DNA of 64,000 nt from Macrostomum lignano. Taxonomy: Eukaryota. Under the pieces are notes generated by a model. That model did no database searches and was not told the origin of the DNA. It saw only the letters and a program-made list of their open reading frames with translations. The stretch lies in assembly GCA_002269645.1 (NCBI GenBank), contig NIVC01001157.1, positions 62,001 through 126,000 of the forward strand, read 5' to 3'. Of this stretch, positions 14,538-28,019 are shown piece after piece. Each line of letters begins with the position of its first letter. Positions within the stretch are counted from its first letter, which is position 1. The position numbers were made by a program, and so were the translations under genes.

Positions 14538-17500
14538 GAGGCTTATCAATATTTCCTGCCTCGGGCAGTTCGTCATTCTGGCTGGACGGCTACGAATATC
14601 AGAATTGGACGAACGCTGACGGCGAGGCGATGTACGATTATTATTTGTCTAGCAACAGTCTGCTCGCCAGTTCAAAATTAATGAACCGGTTCATCTACGA
14701 TACCAATATCGAATTCAATGTTGAACAGTGCACAGTATTTACTGTGACAGCCTATGCAAACGGATCGAGAGATGGGAATTTTAAACTGTTTTCGTGTAGC
14801 GCACTGGCTTCGATTGTGTGTCGCAGTGGTGAGCTGTGCGCTGCTATCTAATCTAGTAGATGTTTAATCTCAAATTTCTAATCTACCAGATGTCTAATCT
14901 ACCTGATTTCTAATCTACCTGATGTCTAATCTACCCGATATCCAATCTACCCGATTTCTAATCTACCATATCTCTTATCTACCAGATGTCTAATCTACCT
15001 GATATCCAATCTACCTGATGTCTAATCGACCTGATTTCTAATCTGCCATATTACTAATCTACCCAATATCCAATCTACCTGACGTCTAATCTACCTGATG
15101 TCTAATCTAGCAGATGTCTAATTTTCCCGATTTTTTCCACCATATCTCTAATCTACCTTATGTCTAATCTACCTGATGTCTAATCTACCCGATATCCAAT
15201 CTACCCGATTTCTAATCTACCATATCTCTTATCTACCAGATGTCTAATCTACCTGATATCCAATCTACCTGATGTCTAATCGACCTGATTTCTAATCTGC
15301 CATATTACTAATCTACCCAATATCCAATCTACCTGACGTCTAATCTACCTGATGTCTAATCTAGCAGATGTCTAATTTTCCCGATTTTTTCCACCATATC
15401 TCTAATCTACCTTATGTCTAATCTACCTGATGTCTAATCTAGCTGATGTCTAATCTACCCGATATCTAATCTAGCCGATGCCTAATCTACCCGATTTCTA
15501 ATCTACCATATCAATAATCTACCCAATATCCAATCTAACTGATATCTAATCTACCTGATGTCTAATCTACCTGACGTCTAATCTACCTGATGTCTAATCT
15601 ACCTGATGTCTAATCTACCCGATATCCAATCTACCTGCTGTCTAATCTACCTGATGTCTAATCTAGCAGATGTCTAATTTCCCGATTTGTTTTCTACCAT
15701 ATCTCTAATCTACCTGATGTCTGATCTACCTGATGTCTAATCTATCTGGTGTCTAATCTACCCGATATCTAATCTAGCCGATGCCTAATCTAGCCGATTT
15801 CTAATCCACCATATCACTAATCTACTCAATATCCAATCTAACTGATATCTAATCTACCTGATGTCTAATCTACCTGATATCTAATCTAGCCGATGTCTAG
15901 TCTACTCGATTTCTAATCTACCATATCTCTTTTCTACCCAATATTCAATCTAACTGATGTCTAATCTACCTGACGTCTAATCTACCTGATGTCTAATCTA
16001 GCAGATGTCTAATTTTCCCGATTTTTTCCACCATATCTCTAATCTACCTTATGTCTAATCTACCTGATGTCTAATCTAGCTGATGTCTAATCTACCCGAT
16101 ATCTAATCTAGCCGATGCCTAATCTACCCGATTTCTAATCTACCATATCAATAATCTACCCAATATCCAATCTAACTGATATCTAATCTACCTGATATCT
16201 AATCTAGCCGATGTCTAGTCTACTCGATTTTTAATCTACCATATCTCTTATCTACCCAATATTCAATCTAACTGATGTCTAATCTACCTGATGTCTAATC
16301 TATTTGATATCCAATCTACCTGATGTCTAATCGATCTGATTTCTAATCTGCCATATTACTAATCTACCCAATATCCAATCTACCTGACGTCTAATCTACC
16401 TGATGTCTAATCTAGCAGATGTCTAATTTTCCCGATTTTTTCCACCATATCTCTAATCTACCTTATGTCTAATCTACCTGATGTCTAATCTAGCTGATGT
16501 CTAATCTACCCGATATCTAATCTAGCCGATGCCTAATCTACCCGATTTCTAATCTACCATATCAATAATCTACCCAATATCCAATCTAACTGATATCTAA
16601 TCTACCTGATGTCTAATCTACCCGATATCCAATCTACCTGCTGTCTAATCTACCTGATGTCTAATCTAGCAGATGTCTAATTTTCCCGATTTGTTTTCTA
16701 CCATATCTCTAATCTACCTGATGTCTGATCTACCTGATGTCTAATCTATCTGGTGTCTAATCTTAATCGATGTTTAATCTGCCCGATGTCTAATCTACCT
16801 GATCTAACAAATAGTCACTCACCCAGCTCTTCCTTATTCTTCTCCATCAAGGTTCATCGTGCTCGCAGTCTCCGCCAGCCTATCCCGACGGCTACCTGAG
16901 TGGCGTAGGATGGTTCAACGTGTCTTCAACATCGTTAATCGTTGACATGCTGACGGTGAACTGCAGCGAGATGGATCCGGCCAGCGTTCGCATAGATTCC
17001 AGTGTCTATTACGGTTGCAACCTGCCAGAGACGGGCTCACTCAGTTCCGTCGCTCCCGTAGTCTACAGCACCTGTCAGGCCTATCCAGGCTCCATGAACT
17101 GGTCCCAGCTGAGCAACACGTCTTCCTGTCGAAGCAGCCATTGCGACTTGCGTCAGCTCATTTTAATGGGCGATGTGGACACGCAGAAGTATCTGAGATT
17201 TATTCCGGATATGGTCTCCGGCAGCTGGCTGGTTCCTAACAATACCCAGGTACAGGCGCTGTGCCTACCGGGTGCAAACCTGGTGCCAGCAAACGACAGC
17301 TTTGCCAGTCAGTACGGAGTGTCCCCCGGCGTGTACTGTTCCAGCGATAGGTGGAAGTTCAATGTGTCCTATTTCTGGTGAGTGTTTTGGCTTATCTACA
17401 TGCCGTTCGGGACAGAGCAGGTCATCGGTAAACCAAGGACCACTTGTAGACATTCATTTGGGACTTGTGTGCAGGTAAACTGGCCCATGGGGTTGTTGTT

Positions 17501-20500
17501 GTGCGATTTGCAACCATGAGGGCCAACCCCCCAAGGCACAGCGGGTGTACAGGCGCGCTATTATAGTCTCATCTCAGGAGGCACTTTTTTGTCTGATTTC
17601 AGCATCAGACACACAGTTCAGTGTGTATAAATAAGAGATAAAGGTGTGAAGAGTTCAACTTTTGTTTAATTTATAAAAATGAATTTCGGAGAATAAAAGC
17701 CCTTGCTTGACTTCCTGGAAGAATCCTGACTCTGCGTTTGCGACTAAACTCAACAACGGCTCCATTCCGCACCCTAACTCACAGAAGTTGAGCAGTATCA
17801 TGATCTAGCTCGTATATGTGACCACGCGTCACATTCTCAATTCGTACAACGTTTTAGCCGTTTATCTGATTATCCGATTTATCCAAAGGTCCAACCGTTC
17901 CATCTGAAATCTTACAGTACAGTGCGTGCAATTGGCGCACAGGCGGTTGACTGACTGACGCACTAACACAACACAAGCCCAACTCTTACAGTACAGTGCA
18001 TGCAATTGGCGCACAGGCGGTTGAGTGACTGACGCACTAACACAACACAAGCCCAACTCTTACAGTACAGTGCATGCAATTGGCGCAAAGGCGGTTGAGT
18101 GACTGACGCACTAACACAACACAAGCCCAACTCTTACAGTACAGTGCATGCAATTGGCGCACAGGCGGTTGAGTGACTGACGCACTAACACAACACAAGC
18201 CCAACCACACTCGTGACTTCTTCAGCAACGCTACCACGCTGGCCGTGGACTCTATCGAACAGCCAGCAGAGGCGACACCTCTCTATCGCTGTCGCCGAGT
18301 CAAATGTCCCGTGTCAAGTTTTTTCAACATATCGCTCATCAATACAACAGAATTGGATCCAGCAGCGTTCATGGAAGTTGGCGAAAGTGTGAAAGTAGCC
18401 TGCAAAAACGCTTCGAATCCGTTTTTGTACTATTTGAGACCCATTATCAACATCAAGTGCCTTCTGTTCGCTAACTATTCATACGAATTTGGCATCTCAT
18501 TTGCTGATAGTGGCAGCAACAATCCTGAAACCAGGACGGGTGGAAATTTCAGCGTTTTCCTGGCTGACCTTCAGGAAAGGTGAGAATTTGAAAACTTTTG
18601 GCGGAGGCGGTTTACGGTGGTTAGGTTAGTGCATCCCACAATTACAAATACATTAAAGTTGTCACTCCTGTATAACGGGATGTTGTCAATATTGTCTAAA
18701 AAATCTTATTTGTTAATATTGTCTAACGGATCTTGTCACCATTGTCTAATGCATCCTGTATCTAACTGTCTAATGCATCTTGTATCTAATTGTCTAATGG
18801 ATCTTGTATCTAATTGTGTAACGGATCTTGTATCTAATTGTCTAACGGATCTTGTATCTAATTGTGTAACGGATCTTGTATCTAATTGTCTAACGGATCT
18901 TGTATCTAATTGTCTAACGGATCTTGTATCTGATTGTCTAACGGATCTTGTATCTAATTGTCTAACGGATCTTGTATCTGATTGTCTAATGGATCTTGTA
19001 TCTGATTGTGTAACGGATCTTGTATCTAATTGTCTAACGGATCTTGTATCTAATTGTCTAACGGATCTTGTATCTAATTGTCTAACGGATCTTGTATCTA
19101 ATTGTGTAACGGATCTTGTATCTAATTGTCTAACGGATCTTGTATCTAATTGTCTAACGGATCTTGGATCTGATTGTCTAATGGATCTTGTCACCATTGT
19201 CTAACGGATCTTGTATCTAATTGTGTAACGGATCTTGTATCTAATTGTGTAACGGATCTTGTATCTAATTGTGTAACGGATCTTGTATCTAATTGTCTAA
19301 CGGATCTTGTATCTAATTGTCTAATGCATCTTGTATCTAATTGTCTAACGGATCTTGTCACCATTGTCTAACGGATCTTGTCACTCTTGTCTAATGTATC
19401 ATGTAGCACTCGTAGTCGAACATCAAAGTTCAAACACAATAAATTATTAAAGGAGTTTTAACAACACCACTCTGCAGATGCGTCAACCAGGTCCTAAAGA
19501 CTTGCGCAGTGACGCCAGACATGCTAAGCTACAGAAACGTGATCGTCACTAACAACAGCGAAGTTGGATGGCCGCACCCGCGTCACCATGACAACCATTT
19601 GCCACCAAATTCCACCCTGACAATCGCGTGCAATTCCACTCGAGTGCAGGACAGGTCTTCGGCCAGCGTCAATCGGAGTTATTACTTACTGTGCCGTCCT
19701 GACGGTGAAGTTCAAGTGTTCTACGAGGAGACTCTCGGCTACGAATCGAATCTGGAAATTACCTGCCAGTACGAGACCTGCCCGGCGTTCGCAACTCCGC
19801 CGCGGACTGAAGTGGCTGGAGTTCTGGAAGCTGCCAACGCATCCACAGGAGCCAATTGGACCAGGGACGCTTCGGCGACTGCTGCAGTTACTATGGCAAC
19901 AGCGGAGCTACCGCCAGGGTATCAACTATTGATCCAGTGCTCTCTAGTCCCGGAAGCTTATCAGACTGTGGTCTGCAACGATACTGGCAGAGTTTGGATC
20001 CCTCTGGCGGCTAGCGATAATCGGAGCCTGTGGCAGAGCTCAGAGCTGCTCAACTGCACAGGAATGGGTAAGATGCAGCACAATGGATTGACTGGGCATT
20101 CAGTTGTTCATTTGGCCTCACTTTCATCATCTCTCATTTCCTCACGGTCCTCCAACCCCATCCCTATCTGTCTCCCGCCATCCCAGTCTCCCCATCCCAG
20201 TCTCCCTATCCAAGTCCCCCATCCCAGTATCCCCATCCCAGTCTCCCCATCCCAGTCTCCCCATCCCAGTCTCCCATGCCAGTCTCCCCATCCTAATCTC
20301 CCCATTCCAGTCTCCATATCCTAATCCCCCCATCCCAGTCTCCCCATCCCAGTCTCCCCATCCCAGTCTCCCCATCCCAGTCTCCCCATCCCAGTCTCCC
20401 CATCCCAGTCTCCCCATCCCAGTCTCCCCATCCCAGTCTCCCATGCCAGTCTCCCCATCCCAGTCTCGCAATCCCAGTCTCCCCATCCCAGTCTCCCCAT

Positions 20501-20695
20501 CCCAGTCTCCCCATCCCAGTCTCCCCATCCCAGTCTCGCAATCCCAGTCTCCCCATCCCATACTCCCCATCGCAGTAAAATTCAAAATTTTTGCAACATT
20601 ATTTAGCAATCGAAATTAGCCTTCAAGAACGCATTTATCAGTCAAGGGGATGAGGCACTCGAATTCAGCGTCAATGGCATGCTACAAAGCACGAG
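14538..20695 (+). CDS. Internal exons of a Cys-rich, heavily N-glycosylated extracellular protein with a C-type-lectin-like module followed by sushi/CCP-like modules (partial gene)
   Basis: Phase-compatible GT-AG exons: 14538-14828 (FWLDGYEYQNWTNADG...C...FSCSALASIVC, CTL-like), 16852-17377, 18226-18579, 19478-20067 and tentatively 20620-20695. Many NxS/T sequons and paired Cys. The 5' and 3' ends of the gene were not identified. Confidence 0.65.
14845..16805. repeat. Degenerate 16-bp intronic minisatellite (TCTAATCTACCTGATG) with higher-order block duplications
   Basis: Read directly; fills the intron between exons 14538-14828 and 16852-17377. Confidence 0.92.
17910..18204. repeat. 74-bp tandem repeat x4 at the 3' end of an intron
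   Basis: TCTTACAG starts at 17910, 17984, 18058 and 18132; each unit contains GCACTAAC. Confidence 0.92.
18700..19400. repeat. 24-bp intronic minisatellite (TCTAATTGTCTAACGGATCTTGTA)
   Basis: Read directly; explains the CLTDLVSN and RSVRQLDT ORFs. Confidence 0.92.
20150..20572. repeat. 14-bp C-rich minisatellite (CCCCATCCCAGTCT)
   Basis: Read directly; intronic, after the donor at 20068. Confidence 0.9.
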
Positions 20696-21517
20696 GTAAG
20701 CCTTATTGATCGATTTAAAAAACACTGAAATACCCAAATATGAGTATTATAGCAATAGAGTATTATAAGCGAGCAAGGCTAGCAGTTCAAACCATGGTAA
20801 GTGTCAAAAGGTGAGTGTGATCGACAACCAAGCGCCCAGTTTCCAACACCATTATTTGTGCGTTTGTTAAACAAAATCGTTGTTAAATTTATGAAATACA
20901 CGCGCGCAGAAATCAACTTAAACATCAAATGCAGCTAATTAATTAAAAAAACTATAGCAAAAATTTTCTTCAAGAGTTATTTTGTTAAAATGCCTGTTTT
21001 TTCACACGGTTTACAAGCGCGCATCGGACTCCTTAACAATGAATTCTTGCAGTCTTCATTCTCAAGTACAACAGAAGAAAGAGCCTTCCTCTTGCAATGC
21101 TGACTTTTTCATTCTTAACTAACACAGCAATTTTTTCAGCAAGCAATTGCGTAGGTGCAGCAGAATCTTCAATAATGCATGTCGCTTTTCAAGTGCGGGA
21201 AAGGCGTCTCCCGTCTCCTTTTTCTTGCCCCGTTCCAGCTCTTTTAGGCAGGCAGTTTTGCTTCCAGCTTTTAGCTATAAGGCTTGTTGTGTTGTTTCTG
21301 CAGCAGGAGCTCTAGCTGCGGCAGTGCTGAAACCATATAGTCGTTGGCAAACAATTTCTAATAAATGTCCTTAGCCATTCTTCACAGAGTTTAGTGTATA
21401 CATGTAGTTATAAAATTTAGTTGAGGCCCAAGGAACCCCAGATCGAACGAGAGCAGAGCCAATTAGATTAACAAAATTCTCAGGTAAACTGCAGAGGCTG
21501 ACTGCAATGGTTTAGTC

Positions 21518-23341
21518 CAGGGGCGTCGCCATGGATTTTATGGTGGGGGGACAAAGCCAAAAATTCAACATCTACATGTACACTACTGAATTCCTACATG
21601 TCCATTATTTTGAGAAGCGGTTTTGTCAGTCCCTCATTTTGACTCTCTAGGCACTCATTTTAGCGCCGCAGGCACTCATTTTAGCGCCGCAGGCACTCAT
21701 TTTAGCGCTGCAGGCACTCATTTTAGCGCCGCAGGCACTCATTTTAGCGCCGCAGGCACTCATTTTAGCGCCGCAGGCACTCATTTTAGCGCTCGAGGCT
21801 TTGATTTTGGCGCCGCAGACACTCATTTTAGCGCCGCAGACACTCATTTTAGCGCCGCAAGCACTCATTTTAGCGCCGCAGGCACTCATTTTGGCGCCGC
21901 AGACACTCATTTTGGCGCCGCAGGCACTCATTTTAGCGCTCCAGGCTTTGATTTTGGCGCCGCAGACACTCATTTTAGCGCCGCAGACACTCATTTTAGC
22001 GCCGCAGACACTCATTTTAGCGCCGCAAGCACTCATTTTAGCGCCGCAGGCACTCATTTTGGCGCCGCAGACACTCATTTTGGCGCCGCAGGCACTCATT
22101 TTAGCGCCGCAGGCACTCATTTTAGCGCCGCAAGCACTCATTTTAGCGCCACAGGCACTCATTTTGGCGCCGCAGACACTCATTTTGGCGCCGCAGGCAC
22201 TCATTTTAGCGCCGCAGGCACTCATTTTAGCGCCGCAGGCACTCATTTTAGCGCCGCAGGCACTCATTTTAGCGTCGCAGGCACTCATTTTAGCTCCGCA
22301 GGCACTCATTTTAGCGCCGCAGGCACTCATTTTGGCGCCGCAGACACTCATTTTGGCGCCGCAGGCACTCATTTTAGCGCCGCAGGCACTCATTTTAGCG
22401 CCGCAGGCACTCATTTTAGCGCCGCAGGCACTCATTTTAGCGCCGCAGGCACTCATTTTAGCGCCGCAGGCACTCGTTTTAGCGTCGCAGGCACTCATTT
22501 TAGCTCCGCAGGCACTCATTTTAGCCCGCAGGCACTCATTTTGGCGCCGCAGGCACTCATTTTGGCGCCGCAGGCACTCATTTTAGCGCCGCAGGCACTC
22601 ATTTTAGCGCCGCAGGCACTCATATTAGCACATCTGGCACACATTTTAGCGCCACAGGCAATCATTTTAGCGCCACAGGCACTCATTTTAGCGCCGTAGG
22701 CACTCATTTTAGCGCCGCAGGCACTCATTTTAGCGCCGCAGGCACTCATATTAGCACATCTGGCACACATTTTAGCGCCACAGGCAATCATTTTGGCGCC
22801 ACAGGCACTCATTTTAGCGCCGTAGGCACTCATTTTAGCGCCGCAGGCACTCATTTTAGCGCCGCAGGCACTCATTTTAGCGCCGCAGGCACTCATTTTA
22901 GCGCCACCGGCACTCATTTTAGCGCCGCAGACACTCATTTTAGCGCCGCAGACACTCATTTTAGCGCCGCAGACACTCATTTTAGCGCCGCAGACACTCA
23001 TTTTAGCGCCGCAGACACTCATTTTAGCGCCGCAGACACTCATTTTGGCGCCGCAGGCACTCATTTTAGCGCCACCGGCACTCATTTTAGCGCCACCGGC
23101 ACTCATTTTAGCGCCACCGGCACTCTTTTTAGCGCCGTAGGCACTCATTTTAGCGCCGTAGGCACTCATTTTAGCGCCGCAGGCACTCATTTTAGCGCCG
23201 CAGGCACTATATTGTGGCGCCGTGAAGAAAAATTTTTGATTGCCACAACGGGTCACAAGGTGGGATGGGGGGACAAAGCATTGGCATATCCCCCCAGAGC
23301 TTGTACTGGAGGGGAACATGTCCCCCTGCCCCCTGCCCCTG
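21518..23341. mobile_element. Probable hAT-type non-autonomous element containing an expanded 21-bp minisatellite
   Basis: Ends CAGGGGC...GCCCCTG (7-bp inverted). Flanks GTTTAGTC and ATTCAGTC match at 6/8, like a decayed 8-bp TSD. GGGGGGACAAAGC occurs near both ends. Confidence 0.5.
21650..23207. repeat. 21-bp minisatellite (GCACTCATTTTAGCGCCGCAG), ~74 copies
   Basis: Read directly; source of the AAGTHFS, ACGAKMS and APQALIL ORFs. Confidence 0.95.
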
Positions 23342-23804
23342 ATTCAGTCTAGGAAGAATAACACGTATAAAGCATAAATTCTGTAAGCTTATGGTCCCAT
23401 TTTAAAGCTGATCATAAAATCTCCGTAGCTTAGGTTAAAACTTATTGAATTTTAACGCAACCCAACTTAAAAAATTCAATATCGTTGAAATTTTTCCGGG
23501 TACTACCGCGGTGTATGAAGTAAACCCGAAATGAAACAACCTGAAGTCAAGTATACAGTTGTCTGAAAATGGGGACGAAGTCATGGTTTTGAGGTAAAGA
23601 GAGTTTTGTTAATCCAGACTCATGCTTTTGGGCCTCCTTGCATGGTTGGGCAAATTGCCTGAGAAGAGAAACTTGAGTATGTGGATTTAAGTGGTGTATG
23701 CAAGTACATGTATGGGGATGGCGGTTCTTGAAGCTGTAAAAGTAAAAGTACAAGCGAAAATTCTATACATGGGCAGTATAGTACAAATTATAATGATTGG
23801 CGTC

Positions 23805-24105
23805 ATTCCATGAACTCCGTGCAAACCTTTTTTACCTCAATTGGGCCAGATAGGGAATTAAGCTCATGTCTGCGGGCCCGATTAGAGTGGAAAGAAGAGA
23901 GAATAGAAGATGAGAGATAAGAGAAGAGAGGAGTAGAGGCGAGAGATGGGAAGAAAAAAGGAGAGGGGAGAGGAGAGAGGGAGAGAGCTTAGTTAGCGGA
24001 CGAGACACAAGCATTGAGAAGGCCGCGGATCGATGGCTGTTGTGAAGTTTCAAAGGACCCATGAAGGGCCAGATAGAGAGGCTTCGAGGGCCGCATGTGA
24101 ACAGT
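23805..24105 (+). mobile_element. Degraded MITE copy with internal GA-rich microsatellite, related to the copy at 52226-52761
   Basis: AAACCTTTTTTACCTCAATTGGGCCAGAT and TTTCAAAGGACCC match the reverse complement of segments in 52226-52761. Boundaries are approximate. Confidence 0.45.
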
Positions 24106-25172
24106 GTTTATTCTCTTAATGGAATCTGCTCAAACAAAGTGAGCCACTGTAACCAAAACATAGCAGCATACACGTATGTCTGGATATGAATTTCAGACGG
24201 AATTTATTCTTTATACTTCTATCAGCTGCTGTAAGTTCCCAAACATTATTTGTGAATGATATATAACTGTTCCTACATGTAGAAATACGAATAATAAGTA
24301 GGCTCAGCTTCTAACTCACGTTTATCTGCTTCGATTTAGATTAATTGAACTTTTACATTATATATTTTACTAATCTAGCTGCAATAATTAGTCATCTTTA
24401 CTTTATTCCTAATATCTCAATTCTTATTTCGACACCGTCACTCACGACGCTGTCACTCCGACACTAGCTGTCACTTTATTGCTTTGCTTAGAACTACATG
24501 TACTTTGTTGACCAAGACCGACTTTACATGACACTTGACACATATACTACATGTATCTACAATAAGTAATGTATAATCAATGTACATGTATTTGCCAAGG
24601 ACTACGTAGATCGAAGGACGCGATCGACTCTTGCGATCTATGATAGAATTATTTTCTGCTCAAAAGTACATGTACGTACTAAACGATCAGCCTTGAAGGT
24701 ACCACATTCGATGAAAAATGGAAATGACCCAGTAGATCCTTGCGTCGTCATGCGGCTCTCTCCAATTCGATTCACCTATATTAAATGCATTAACAAATGT
24801 TCTGAATTACAGTCAGGTATGTGTGTACATCATGGTACATGATGCATGTTCGAATTGTTTGACAAGAGAGAAAGAAATGAAAGACGGAACGAAAAACGAA
24901 AGAGAGAAAGAGCTCAGAGAGATTGGGAGAGAGAGAAGAATTCCAATCCCAATCGTCCCGACACGGAAATGATCCAAGACAGACTCTCAAAGTGTTATTA
25001 GTATTTTTTGTCAAGGCGTAAAAAAGTAGCGACGACATGTGCGTGAAAAAATAGAAGGCAAAGAGGGATAGGAGAAGAAAAAATAGAGTGCGCTGCAAAG
25101 ACGAAATCATCGAAAGGCGCGTCTGTCATTGAAATGATGGGCTAGCGCGCCGGTGTTTCGTGTACTGCTGTG

Positions 25173-25525
25173 TAGGCTTTTCATATTACCGTTTCCAAGA
25201 CCACAGAATCCGTTCAAAGCTTTTTAAATGTCTGTTCCGTTTTCAGAATCGGTTTCAGAACCGTGATCCACTAACGTGTAACACTTTAACAGTAAAATAT
25301 ATTGGTAAGCGTATATTTTTTATTATTGATTTATTTAATTGTACTCTCTGCTTCGTCTCGTTGGATATGACAAAAAACCAAGTAAAGGAAAGACAAAATT
25401 AAATTATTTTTAATTAATTGAAGATAAAATTAAAGTAGAATTAAAGAATCTTTTCATTTTCCTGCCGATTCTGGTACTGGAATCGGAATTATTCTGGTTC
25501 TGGAACCAATTTTGTGAAAAGCCTA
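25173..25525. mobile_element. Possible MITE (TAGGCTTTTCA...TGAAAAGCCTA) upstream of OPLAH
   Basis: 11-bp perfect inverted ends at 25173-25183 and 25515-25525, with internal imperfect inverted CAGAATCGG/CCGATTCTG motifs. Confidence 0.45.
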
Positions 25526-25839
25526 GATGTCGCCAAAGTTATCTAGCACGTAACATTTTTCGTTTGACGTCGTAATTCTGTGAATTTACAAGTTCCCGGA
25601 AATATTCAAACGTTCTGAAACGCGAAGTGGCGCTGCCGTACATGGTCCACTGACGATGGATGGACCTCCCTGCCGCACGCAATCACCCAAAATAAAAATA
25701 ATCGATTTGTATGTTCTCTTGTCACTATCAAGCATTATTTTAATAGGAAAAATTTAATTTCACAAATAACAATTGTATTGTGTTGATATCTATCTATTAT
25801 TAAAGGAATAGGCCTACTAACACCACACGTAATCTTAGC

Positions 25840-27946
25840 ATGTTTAGCTTTGCTATTGATCGTGGAGGCACTTTCACTGATGTCTGGTGCAAAATCCCAT
25901 CAGGAAAAGTTATAGTACGAAAGTTGCTTAGTGAGGATCCAGAGAATTACGACGATGCTCCCAGAGAAGCCATTAGAAGGATTTTGTCAGAATTTGTAAG
26001 TTTTATTCTATTTGATTTGATGCTATTTGCGTTTTACACTATCGTGTATCACTTTAGTATGACTCACAAATAAAGGATATCAACATTGGCGTACACAAGG
26101 TGAATTTTCTATGGGGGACACACCAAGGTAAAAGTGCTATGACAGAGTTATGTGGTAGCATGTATCGCAACAAAGGGCAACAAAAAGTTTTGGTCATGCT
26201 CTTTGGGGGGGATACATCCTCCCTATCCCCCCTCCCTATACCCCTGGATATCAATGCTTATATGATAAATCCATTTTAGCAGCATTATTAGCCTTGTCTA
26301 GAGCAGATTTGAACATTAAACAATCAACAATAGAAAAATATATCTAAGCTTCTATCATTATCATAATGAGTTTTTTGTTTTTATAATTATATATAACAAT
26401 TTTTATTATTATATATATTAATTTTCAATATAACAATTTAAAACTTAAATAAAGGGTTTATTTAGATAACAACCTCAGTCTATAACAAAGAGTGGGCTTG
26501 CTTTCATATGCCATATTATATGGTTGCCAAGTCTATTGTATTAGTTGTTTAACTATTTAATTTATAGCTATCAAAATAGGAATTAGGGTTAATAACAAGA
26601 GGTATAAATAAATTATAGAAACAAATTTAAAATTTATTTTAATTTTTTTCTAATTGATTTTATTCATATTTTAGGAAATAACTATTTCCAATTTCAGTTT
26701 TTAAAAAATCTTATAATTTTTTATTGTGCTAGTAAAGTTGAAATATAATTTTCTTTGCTAATAAATGAAGTTGAATTTTAATGCAAATCTGAACTTTTTA
26801 CCTGCTAGTCTAAAACACAATTAGCAAGAAACTATCCTAGTATTTTTTATTACATTTAAAGGATAAAATTCTTGTATTTAGTATGTTTAGGCCTAGGTTT
26901 AGCAATTTTTATTAGATGCAAAATAGTTTCTAACATATTTGTAATTTGAATTTGTATAATAATATATGATTTTAAATTATTTTATATAATTAAGCATTGC
27001 TGTTTTATAAAATGCAATATCTCAATTGCACTTTGATATTGCATAAACAAAAATTTTAATATTATAGACTATATGAGACTCAATTAGAACTAGACTAGAC
27101 TAGCAATTTCAAATCTGATTGGATTTGACTTAAAATTCTAATGGGAAAACCTCTGCAAAAAACCTGTTATAGGAAAACCTTGTTGTAGAAAAATCTAAAT
27201 GGGGAAATCTTGGTAGGCCCCTAGGAAAGGCTCAATAGGAAAGCTTTGCTATTGGAAAAGCTTGCACTGGCAAACCTTAGTGTTAGTAAGAAAACTTCCT
27301 ATGGGAAATTCTCATAGACCCAAATAGTAATAACTTTTTCTCACAATATAACAATATGGCAGCTAGATCTAGAAAAGCTTTAGTTCTTATAAGAAAAAGT
27401 TCTTATAACTTAAAACTCATAGCTGTAGCTTTGGCAGCACCCTACAGGTGACCTGGCTTAAGCAATAAGATACAAGCTAATATTTGCTAATATATATATA
27501 GGTACAGTATTTTATTTATCTCTAATAGTTATATATTTAACAATCTAGATTTGTCTAATAATCTAGATAACTAGAAAATCTTAAGTTTAGCATCATGTCA
27601 TATGCCCTCTTAAAGTACCAAACATAACTTTCTAATTTTAGTCCGGCACTGATGTGCCCAAAGGATCTCCAATTCCAACAGAGCAGATTCAATGGATTCG
27701 CATGGGCACCACAGTGGCTACAAATGCTTTGCTAGAGCGCAAAGGCGAACGATTCGCCCTGTTAGTTACTAAAGGATTTCGCGACCTGTTGTACATTGGA
27801 AACCAATCTAGGCCTGACATCTTTGATCTGGTAGGATTACTGATTGTTTAGTCTGAAGCTGGCACTGTCTGTCTGTTTTGTCTGTCTGTCTCTCTGTCTG
27901 TCTGTCAGGGTGTCTGTCTGTCTTAGTGTCTTAGTGTCTGTGTGTG

Positions 27947-28019
<73 letters not shown>

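Noticed and set aside
18617-23319. Repetitive ORFs (CLTDLVSN, PSLPIPVS, AAGTHFS, ACGAKMS, APQALIL)
   Set aside because: Translations of 24-, 14- and 21-bp minisatellites that are open in several frames on both strands.
24790-25402. Hydrophobic 106-aa (-) and 80-aa (+) ORFs upstream of OPLAH
   Set aside because: Low-complexity AG-rich or MITE-derived sequence with no recognisable motif or splice support.
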